Below the pieces are notes generated by a model. It made no database searches. It worked only from the letters and a program-made list of their open reading frames with translations, and was not told where the DNA came from. The translations under genes were made by a program, and so were the position numbers. DNA of 64,000 nt, from the IMG/VR virus record IMGVR_UViG_3300013121_000046, one strand, 5' to 3'. Origin of the DNA: a virus (lineage: Duplodnaviria > Caudoviricetes). Below, one piece after another: positions 36,720 through 44,295 of this stretch (the first letter of the stretch is position 1; each line of letters starts with the position of its first letter).

Positions 36720-37892
36720 CTATAAAGTTATGGTACACTGTGGGATTCGCCAGTTTGGCTCTCGCTTAGAGGACACGCATTTCCACGGAGGGGGTGGAAC
36801 AACTTCTTCTGGAAAGGTGGTCTGATACCAAGTATTCCAAGTCTTGGTAAGGAACGTAATCTGCTCACTCACTACCCAAGTTGGGAGACCCAACTCCGCA
36901 GAAATTTCAAATACTTTTTGAGGACATTCCATTAAATAATAGTACAAATCTAACAAAGACTTGTATGAAGATTTACATTTAGTCACCCGATTTGGGCCAA
37001 GGTTCTTTGTCAGAGTGCTTGGCCACAATACTCGGTGATCCTGAAGATAGATTGAGTACTGCAAAAAACTTTCACCTGTCGTTCTTGCATTTTCTATCTT
37101 ACCATTCCGCACAAATCTAACCATATCTGAGGATACCCACTCAACTGAATTATTCAACACCAAAGTTTCTGTTCCATCCAATAATTGAATCGGCAACCAG
37201 TACTTCTTAGGTAGTGTTTTTAGCGGAACAATTTTTTCCTCCGTTAGAGAATATCTAGAGATTCCGGGGGGTAAAAGGGTAATTTGATAGGGCGGAATAG
37301 AGAATTTTTTACCTGCTCCCTTAGCTAGTATCTGCCTAAGATGCTCCGGAAATCGCTGAAGAATCTCATCTAGTTGTTGTAAAACCCAAGGTGGCACTTG
37401 TCCCGAATCTACCAAGTGTCTCTGTATCCCTCTAGAATTATGGAGAGAAACCATATCCGCCGAGTATCGGGAAGTTCCGGATCTATGACTAGTTAGCCAT
37501 CGCCAAGTAGCAGTGTAGACATAGGTATTCCATCCAGCCTTAAGGGGATTAAACTTATCCATACACCGGGACTTAAGCCACTTTAGTAACAATGTCTGTA
37601 CATAATCTTCAATATCTTGCGGTGAGCACCCCATCTTAGTTAGAAGAGCCGATACATACTTACGAGTATTTTCCTCTGCCCAAATGGCATCTCCCTTTGT
37701 ATACTGCTCCCAATTTATATCTACTCTATGTAAACAAGCCCGGATCGCTGAATCTGACGAAATATCATCTATACCAAACTTCTTTACCACAGTAAAGAAT
37801 CTTTCGGATGTTTGTTCATACGTATCCGGGAAAGCCTGTTTCGCTATAGTTTTAACTCTAGAAATAAACTCTAAATCCATGTCATCCTCCAT
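36720..37892 (-). CDS. sigma70/ECF-like factor with a large insertion between regions 2 and 4
   Basis: QDIEDYVQTLLLKWL..DKFNPLKAGWNTYVYTATWRWL (region 2); YYYLMECPQKVFEISAELGLPTWVVSEQI (region 4 HTH). Confidence 0.65.
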   Translation of the reverse strand: MEDDMDLEFISRVKTIAKQAFPDTYEQTSERFFTVVKKFGIDDISSDSAIRACLHRVDINWEQYTKGDAIWAEENTRKYVSALLTKMGCSPQDIEDYVQTLLLKWLKSRCMDKFNPLKAGWNTYVYTATWRWLTSHRSGTSRYSADMVSLHNSRGIQRHLVDSGQVPPWVLQQLDEILQRFPEHLRQILAKGAGKKFSIPPYQITLLPPGISRYSLTEEKIVPLKTLPKKYWLPIQLLDGTETLVLNNSVEWVSSDMVRFVRNGKIENARTTGESFLQYSIYLQDHRVLWPSTLTKNLGPNRVTKCKSSYKSLLDLYYYLMECPQKVFEISAELGLPTWVVSEQITFLTKTWNTWYQTTFPEEVVPPPPWKCVSSKREPNWRIPQCTITL

Positions 37893-37906
37893 GCAATAGA
37901 ATGAAA

Positions 37907-39163
37907 CTATCCAATTGCTACTCCGGGGATATCGAGAAGCTTAACCTGTTTTCTCAATCTCCCCGGTGAAACTTTTCGAGGCAACCTTTCCCTTTGTGGT
38001 TGATTCAGATACTCCAGGTAGAGGGGGATATTCAGTTGACCTGGAACTTCTGAGGATATGAGTACCGCTTTTTGCAACTTACCCCATTGTTCAGCAGTAA
38101 GTGGAGACCGAACAATCAAAAGAATTTCAGATACATCACTAGGTTGTTTCACAACCTTAATTTTGTCCTCCGAAGTCACTGGTTCCGAACATACATCCGG
38201 AAAATATTCTTTTTTGAAGTCTTCTAGGCTAACTAACTCACCCCAGTTATCTCCAACTTCTATATCTGTCTCTATCGGTACATCCCAGTTTTTTTGGTTG
38301 TTGGGAAAGGTCATTAACTCAGAAAGCTTCTGACAATTATCTACGAACTTATCATCCAAGTGAATCTCAAAAACCAATTCATCATGGACATTCAACAAAA
38401 GCTTAACTTGTACGTCGGGATTAGTTAAGAGCCATTCTTGTATCCGACACATCGCAATTTTTAGGATATCAGCGCTGGTCCCCTGGATAGGAGAGTTGCT
38501 GGCTGAATTAGATAGATAACTCTCCCAACGATTCCGTTCTTTTTGTGTTTGTGCCTTCTGTATCTCTCGTATAATATGTCCGACATTCCGTACCCGACCA
38601 TAGAAAGTTGTAACTCGGCCCTCGTTTTTAGCTCGCATGGTTTGAAGATCAAACCATCTGCGATAGGCCGGGAGATTTTCCCACCAGGTAGAATGGAGAG
38701 CGACTGCTTCTGGTAAAGTTAGGTCGCTTTGTCGGTATAGGGTACGAGCGGTACCCCCGTAAAGATTGCCGAAATTGGCTGCTTTGGCCGCATCTCGTTG
38801 TTCTTTGGTGGGCTTATCTGTCTTGTAGGCCACCTTTGCCATTTCGGAATGTAGGTCTCGCCCTTCTCTAAAAGCTGCTATCCAAACTTGTTCCTGTGAT
38901 AACTGGGCGGCTACTCGAAGCTCGATGGCCTTATAGTCAATCGAAACTATCTTCCAGCCAGGTCGAGACCGAAAGGCTCGTCGAATATTAGTTCCAGGAC
39001 CAATTTTTAGACTTGCTTCTTCCCAAGAACAAGCCTTTACCCACTTACATTTTTCACAGGAACTTCTAAAACAGTATGTAATGCCACCCTCTCGCCAAAA
39101 TTGCCCTAATTCCATTACGGCCGGGACATAGCCGGGGGTACCTATTGGTGGTAATTCAGGCAC
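37907..39163 (-). CDS. polA: family A DNA polymerase, C-terminal half (palm/fingers)
   Basis: NIRRAF..IVSIDYKAIELRVAA (motif A), RDAAKAANFGNLYG (motif B), NSPIQGTSADILK, LNVHDELVFE (motif C), GDNWGE; GTG start with GGAG RBS. Confidence 0.93.
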   Translation of the reverse strand: MPELPPIGTPGYVPAVMELGQFWREGGITYCFRSSCEKCKWVKACSWEEASLKIGPGTNIRRAFRSRPGWKIVSIDYKAIELRVAAQLSQEQVWIAAFREGRDLHSEMAKVAYKTDKPTKEQRDAAKAANFGNLYGGTARTLYRQSDLTLPEAVALHSTWWENLPAYRRWFDLQTMRAKNEGRVTTFYGRVRNVGHIIREIQKAQTQKERNRWESYLSNSASNSPIQGTSADILKIAMCRIQEWLLTNPDVQVKLLLNVHDELVFEIHLDDKFVDNCQKLSELMTFPNNQKNWDVPIETDIEVGDNWGELVSLEDFKKEYFPDVCSEPVTSEDKIKVVKQPSDVSEILLIVRSPLTAEQWGKLQKAVLISSEVPGQLNIPLYLEYLNQPQRERLPRKVSPGRLRKQVKLLDIPGVAIG

Positions 39164-39731
39164 GACGATAACTTCTCCAAATCTCTAAATCCATTTCTGC
39201 GGGAGATAAGTTACTGTTAGCGATATGGGATAAAAAAACACGCTCCAATTCTAGGTATCGTTTCCCCGTCGGGGTGTTCTTCGGAGCAGATATGCCCAGA
39301 CTATTGATATACTTCAAAATGTGCGTATCCAACACCGCGAAATGCTGATTTTTTCTTGAGTGCAAAATAAATGCCCGAGAAGTCTTTGGCCCTATACCAT
39401 AAATTGCCTCTAACTCAACAACTGAACAAGTCTGTAAGTCAATTCCTGAGTTAGATATATCTAAAAAGGTTTTTGCCTTTGCCCGAGAGCAACCCATACC
39501 TGCCCACTTTAATCGAACAGCAATCTCTTCATGAGAGAAGTCTTTTATCTGTAAAAAAGGGCTGTCCGCCTTAGGCAGATGCTCTAAAAATTCCTCCACT
39601 ACTCTGGCGGCTAATTTTGCTGTTTTTCCAGCGGCACAAATCCAAAACAGTATCGTCTTCTCTAATTCTGGAACACTTTGATTAAACTGAGTAATATTAT
39701 CCGGATCAATCCTAGGCATACTTAACCTCAT
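39156..39731 (-). CDS. HhH DNA glycosylase/AP lyase (OGG2-like 8-oxoguanine glycosylase family)
   Basis: LEAIYGIGPKTSRAFI (HhH with catalytic Lys), AVLDTHILKY (catalytic Asp), RYLELE..SPAEMDLEIW. Confidence 0.8.
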   Translation of the reverse strand: MRLSMPRIDPDNITQFNQSVPELEKTILFWICAAGKTAKLAARVVEEFLEHLPKADSPFLQIKDFSHEEIAVRLKWAGMGCSRAKAKTFLDISNSGIDLQTCSVVELEAIYGIGPKTSRAFILHSRKNQHFAVLDTHILKYINSLGISAPKNTPTGKRYLELERVFLSHIANSNLSPAEMDLEIWRSYRRA

Positions 39732-40975
39732 TCGTGATTCAATTCTGCTGGGGGTACCTTAATCTTTCTGCACTTTGCTAAACGGTATTTAGAGGCCGAT
39801 GGAATAGATTGAACGTTCATCGCGGTATAGAATTCTCCTTTAGAACCACCACCGGAGGAGAGTCGGCCTGTCGGGGCTCCCACAGAGGAGAACTTAAAGT
39901 GAGCATATGGATCGTCATCTGTAGTAGACTCTAATAATCTTCCGACGTAGGTAGATCTCTCTTTACACAGTTTTCTATATAACACAATCTTAGCCGCTAT
40001 CGGACTAACCTCTGCCAATATCTCTAACTCAGCCTCACCTAAGTTAGGATTACCTTTTTCTGTTTTAGAGAAGGCTATACCATTTTCAGTAAAATACTTA
40101 GCCAATTGCTTACTACTCAGCAAATTGAAAGGTCCCCCGGCTGCCTCATACACTTCCTTCTCCACCTGACAGATCAGACGCTCTAAGGTCTTATCCGCCT
40201 CACGAAGAATAGTCCTGTCCATCAATACACCAGATTCCTCCATGCTCAAAAGACTCTCGATAAGATTGTGCTCTACCTGACAAATCAAAGCCTGTTCTGC
40301 CTCAACTTTTTCTTCCGTAGCTCGATATACCTTGATAGTCATCACTGGGTCAGCCGCCGCATACAAAGTAGCCTGTTCAGGATCTGTATAAGAAAAGTCT
40401 ATCTCACCCCGCATCTTTTTATCTCTAGCTGCTCCAGGTACCTCTCGAATATCCAACATCTGTAACTCTGGATGAAACCACTGAATTGCTGATTTCAGGC
40501 CCACCTTTTCTACCTTCTCGTTGCTATTCCATAACCAAGCATAGACTAAAGCATCCCTCAGTATTGAGTATGAAGCCCGTCTATTCACTCCACACTGCCT
40601 TAAAAACCTACCCTCAAACTTATAGTTATACACCAACAAAATTCTAGGCGGAGCTATCACCTCCTGTATGATTTTCCAAACAATATCTGGATCAAGATTC
40701 TGCTCTGGCTTGACTTTGTGTCTTACTGGACAATAGACCCCTTCATCCGAAGAAAAAGCCAAGCAGTGCCCTACAACATCTTGCTCTTTTGGATCTAGAT
40801 TTGTAGTCTCAATGTCCCATGAGACCAGATTTTGAGTTCTATTAGCCTCAACATAGTCTCGTAACTCTTGTATGGAGCCTATCTGTCGAAGTCGAATTTG
40901 ACTCATCCAAGGCTTCCAAAGAGGGCTATCCTGATATGCTATTCGAGTTTCCAAGGAGGCTGTATCTGTGGGCAT
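39728..40975 (-). CDS. polA: family A DNA polymerase, N-terminal half (3'-5' exonuclease + thumb)
   Basis: VSWDIETT (ExoI), YNYKFE (ExoII), LYAAADP (ExoIII), MEESGVLMD, FNLLSSKQL, YRKLCKERSTY, TGRLSS..NVQSIP, then stop. Confidence 0.92.
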   Translation of the reverse strand: MPTDTASLETRIAYQDSPLWKPWMSQIRLRQIGSIQELRDYVEANRTQNLVSWDIETTNLDPKEQDVVGHCLAFSSDEGVYCPVRHKVKPEQNLDPDIVWKIIQEVIAPPRILLVYNYKFEGRFLRQCGVNRRASYSILRDALVYAWLWNSNEKVEKVGLKSAIQWFHPELQMLDIREVPGAARDKKMRGEIDFSYTDPEQATLYAAADPVMTIKVYRATEEKVEAEQALICQVEHNLIESLLSMEESGVLMDRTILREADKTLERLICQVEKEVYEAAGGPFNLLSSKQLAKYFTENGIAFSKTEKGNPNLGEAELEILAEVSPIAAKIVLYRKLCKERSTYVGRLLESTTDDDPYAHFKFSSVGAPTGRLSSGGGSKGEFYTAMNVQSIPSASKYRLAKCRKIKVPPAELNHE

Positions 40976-40985
40976 AGCAGACTAC

Positions 40986-41426
40986 TTAATTGAAAGAGAA
41001 GGGCATGTATATACGATTATAGTTCAAATTACCCCGAGAGAAATCCATAATAATACCCATAATCTCCTTAGGAGTTGAACCCTGGAATAATTCCGGGTTC
41101 GCAACACTTGGGAGAAGACACCCCAGACTGAACCGATAAATGTCCAGTACCGATTCTAGGGTGACCCGAGTACACAAAACAGAACGAATATTCTGGGTGC
41201 CTAAAGAAACCCAGATTTTATGTCTCTCGTTGATATCCTGTTCCCAGGAACGCTTAAGGGAATCATAAACCCCCCCATCAACTACCCCATGAGGTTTACA
41301 GTGTGCCCAGCAACCCCACCAATGTATACTAGCAGTTGACTGTAATCTATGTCCAGCTTTTTCGTATTTAAGATACTGGAAAAGCCACGACACTACCATC
41401 TTTTTTACTTCGTAAGTAGCGGACAT
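40986..41426 (-). CDS. hypothetical protein
   Basis: 146 aa ORF within the replication operon. Confidence 0.5.
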   Translation of the reverse strand: MSATYEVKKMVVSWLFQYLKYEKAGHRLQSTASIHWWGCWAHCKPHGVVDGGVYDSLKRSWEQDINERHKIWVSLGTQNIRSVLCTRVTLESVLDIYRFSLGCLLPSVANPELFQGSTPKEIMGIIMDFSRGNLNYNRIYMPFSFN

Positions 41427-41976
41427 TCTGTAAGTCCCTTTTCAAAGCATCCACAAAAGCTGTGTAACCTCTTTTCTGATCCTCCTTAGGGATTGAAAGC
41501 AATAGCTCCAAAAGGCCATCTACTTTTTTAGCCCAACTGGAATAGGTATCCAATGAGACTTTTCCGCGAAACTCTTTTAGTTCTTTTTCTGCCATAAGAA
41601 AAAAAGTATGGCTTATCGTAGCTATTTCAGGAACAGTTGCTCCAGAAATAGCTAGTTGAACTGCTTCTGCTGATGGTGGCCATCTCTGAAGAAGTCTTGC
41701 AGCCACCTCTCCCGCAGAACCACCCCAATGCGCCTCAGCAATTTCTACTGGACGATACTGTTTTCCGCAGAAAAAACAAAAGACAAAATTGTCTGCATAC
41801 ACTCTAGCAGAAGGGTGTGACTCTGTTCCAGGACCACGATCTCCGTGTACCGGGCATTTAATTTGACAAGGGAATCTTCCCTGATGGAATATGCCCAGAA
41901 GGGAAAGAAGTTCTAGAATAGGTACAGTAGCATTGGCGACTACTACGTCCTGCCATTCCCGTTTTGATTGTAGCAT
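41368..41976 (-). CDS. DnaG-type CHC2 zinc-finger protein without TOPRIM domain
   Basis: IKCPVHG..ESHPSARVY..VFCFFCGK, followed only by helical sequence. Confidence 0.75.
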   Translation of the reverse strand: MLQSKREWQDVVVANATVPILELLSLLGIFHQGRFPCQIKCPVHGDRGPGTESHPSARVYADNFVFCFFCGKQYRPVEIAEAHWGGSAGEVAARLLQRWPPSAEAVQLAISGATVPEIATISHTFFLMAEKELKEFRGKVSLDTYSSWAKKVDGLLELLLSIPKEDQKRGYTAFVDALKRDLQNVRYLRSKKDGSVVAFPVS

Positions 41977-42182
41977 GTCTTATTTCTACTCTCAATGGGG
42001 TCTTCCGGGTGAATCTTTCTATAAACTTCCCCACGATGAATATCAATATCTCTGCGTGCAGCAAAACCCAACTTAACTCCATCCTGATCGTACCCTAGGA
42101 TTTTCATTACCACCTTATCTGGACCAGACCCAATAACCACAGTATCAGTGGCTTCCCTCGCATCTCTGTGTAAGATCAACAC
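41943..42182 (-). CDS. csrA: carbon storage regulator CsrA/RsmA family RNA-binding protein
   Basis: MLILHR..VVIG..VKLGFAARRDIDIHRGEVYRKI. Confidence 0.8.
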   Translation of the reverse strand: MLILHRDAREATDTVVIGSGPDKVVMKILGYDQDGVKLGFAARRDIDIHRGEVYRKIHPEDPIESRNKTCYNQNGNGRT

Positions 42183-42196
42183 GGTATTTTCCCATA

Positions 42197-43636
42197 CTAG
42201 ATAGACAGAAGATTAGACAACTCATCACTATCAATTCCCCGTAGCTCATTAATTAGGCGATGCTCTTTTGAGTAGAAAACTTTGAAAGGCAAAATAAGCT
42301 TAGAATCACGCGACTTAATGTGGGTAATCAAAGATTCTCTCTGCTGCTCCATCGCAGAATCCTGGTACATAGCGAAAATTACATCGCTAGACCTTTCTGC
42401 TTCATTAGCGTCTGCCAAAGCCAAGGCCGTGTACACTCCCCCCGTTTCCTGAGCTTCTTTGTGACCTTGGCGATTAATCTGATGTGGGCTAACCACTAAA
42501 ACCCCAGAACCTCTATCAAAATCCGTTGCCATTACCTTCGCAGCAACGATATTTCTGTTTATTGCTTCATTGCGACTGGCGTGTTTCTGGCCTGGATCAG
42601 GAGCTACTAACCCCAAGTAATCAATCAAAACCATGTCTAGAGGGAACTGTTGGTTAATAGCCTCCGCCTTTGCTCGAATATGGGCCATCGTAGTCCCATT
42701 TTCTGAGGGTGTTTCTAGATGAATATGCCCATGATCGCCACTTCTGAGATCCTCCAAGACCTCCTGTAAAAACTGATCCTCATCTTCTGGAGAAGCAATC
42801 GCACCAGACTTAATCTCATCATATTTAATGGGAACAGTCCGACCGAATTTTGGGTGTGCTGAGTGGATACAGGCTAACATTCTCCAAACTGCATCCTCTT
42901 TCATCTCGAAAGTGTAGATAAAAATATTAAATTTACCGTCAACTGCGGCATTCTTAGCCCAATTTAGGCACCAGGTAGACTTTCCTACTGAGGTAAAGCC
43001 GGCCACCAACCATAGTTCTTTAGCCTGCCCCCCTCTGGTGGTTTCATCAATGGGCCCAATCCCAGTTGTTACTCCATAAGACAAATGTGGATTGCTTTTC
43101 TTTAATAAATAATCCTCATAGAGAGCTTGCATACCCTCCTGCATTGAGGACAGTCGTTTGTTTGGGCTCTTTCGTTCTTGAATTCGATTACAGCCAGAAA
43201 GCAGATGCCCAATTGCGTCTCCTAACCCACGGCTAACCTTCCCCTTCTCAGTACGGCCCTCTGTAAGTACCTGGTGTGCTTCTGTCAGCAGGGTCCGTAG
43301 CTCTTCTCCACCAGCCCGCTCTCGCCACTGATCTACCAAGGCGGTAAAGTTGGGTCCCCAAAGGGGTATAACATTTTTCAATCCCTCCAAAAAAACCAGC
43401 AACTCTACCTGCGATTCCGGTATCCCTAAAACTAACGAAGCTATAGTTGGAGCCCCACCTTGATTCAAATAAAAATCTGATACCACTTTAACTGCTAGCC
43501 CGGAAATGCCCCCGAATCTGAGAGAGTTTAATTGAACCTTACCAAAATTATCTAAAGCGGTACTGCTTTCGTTAGCAGATTCGGCACAAAAGGACCGCAG
43601 AATCTGCATTTCCATCTCTGCTAAAGTCACCGACAC
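42197..43636 (-). CDS. dnaB: DnaB-like replicative helicase
   Basis: GVTTGIGPIDETTRG, AGFTSVGKS, FTFEM-like YTFEM, VLIDYLGLV, HQINR, ERSSDVI, KSRD. Confidence 0.9.
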   Translation of the reverse strand: MSVTLAEMEMQILRSFCAESANESSTALDNFGKVQLNSLRFGGISGLAVKVVSDFYLNQGGAPTIASLVLGIPESQVELLVFLEGLKNVIPLWGPNFTALVDQWRERAGGEELRTLLTEAHQVLTEGRTEKGKVSRGLGDAIGHLLSGCNRIQERKSPNKRLSSMQEGMQALYEDYLLKKSNPHLSYGVTTGIGPIDETTRGGQAKELWLVAGFTSVGKSTWCLNWAKNAAVDGKFNIFIYTFEMKEDAVWRMLACIHSAHPKFGRTVPIKYDEIKSGAIASPEDEDQFLQEVLEDLRSGDHGHIHLETPSENGTTMAHIRAKAEAINQQFPLDMVLIDYLGLVAPDPGQKHASRNEAINRNIVAAKVMATDFDRGSGVLVVSPHQINRQGHKEAQETGGVYTALALADANEAERSSDVIFAMYQDSAMEQQRESLITHIKSRDSKLILPFKVFYSKEHRLINELRGIDSDELSNLLSI

Positions 43637-43646
43637 ACCTCCCTGT

Positions 43647-44294
43647 TCAAGATTTCCGAGATGAAAAACCTAGTCTAGTTACAGGACCTGTCTGTCCCGG
43701 TGTTTCTGGAAGAGTGACCACAGGAATGTAATCCAGATTTCTAAGAGCATCCCCTCCAGGGAATGTCGATACATATTGAGCCAAAGTCTGGGGAGCAAAT
43801 ACCCAACAATGAAGATCCCTAGTATGTCGCCTATTTACAACCTCCGCTAGTAGGGCTGGAGAAAAACTAGAGGGACTCTCAGAGAATCCGAAGCAAAGAA
43901 ATAATAATGGGTACTCACTATAGACTTGCTCTTTCTTTTGTATACGATCATCCACCAACTCTGAAGCAGAATCTATAAGCTTATATCTCTGTGTATCCTC
44001 TCGAAGCTTTGCAGAAATGATACTCTTAGCCATCGGTAAGCTTCCAATGAGTATCAACTGTTTAGCTTTCTGCTTAAACACTAACTCTCTAACGGGAGCA
44101 TTGGCCCGGGGTACGTCATAAAATAGTCCCAGTCGTTGCTTTTTCACTAGTTCATTAGCACAGACGCACCTTTCCCATATCTTTCTAGTCACCTTTACCG
44201 GTTGATGCTTTCGATCAAAAATATCACACTCCACTAGCCTACAAACGTGACCTAATCCTTGACAGACCTCACAAATATTCTCACTAGTACCCAT
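43647..44294 (-). CDS. DnaC/IstB-like helicase loader with N-terminal Zn finger and degenerate Walker motifs
   Basis: CEVCQGLG..RCVC; LILIGSLPMAKS (eroded Walker A); PLLFLCFG (eroded Walker B); LLAEVVNRR; directly upstream of dnaB. Confidence 0.6.
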   Translation of the reverse strand: MGTSENICEVCQGLGHVCRLVECDIFDRKHQPVKVTRKIWERCVCANELVKKQRLGLFYDVPRANAPVRELVFKQKAKQLILIGSLPMAKSIISAKLREDTQRYKLIDSASELVDDRIQKKEQVYSEYPLLFLCFGFSESPSSFSPALLAEVVNRRHTRDLHCWVFAPQTLAQYVSTFPGGDALRNLDYIPVVTLPETPGQTGPVTRLGFSSRKS

Positions 44295-44295
44295 T

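Noticed and set aside
39156-39731. Group I/II intron or intein explanation for the polA split
   Set aside because: The gap is fully occupied by a glycosylase ORF in another frame, leaving no room for a ribozyme core; no C/S...HN intein termini; no homing-endonuclease motif.
39131-39759. 13-bp near-perfect direct repeat GC(C/T)GGGGGTACCT flanking the glycosylase, as an excision site
   Set aside because: The copies are 616 nt apart, not a multiple of 3, so recombination would frameshift the polymerase; only the 588-nt GAATT join is in frame.
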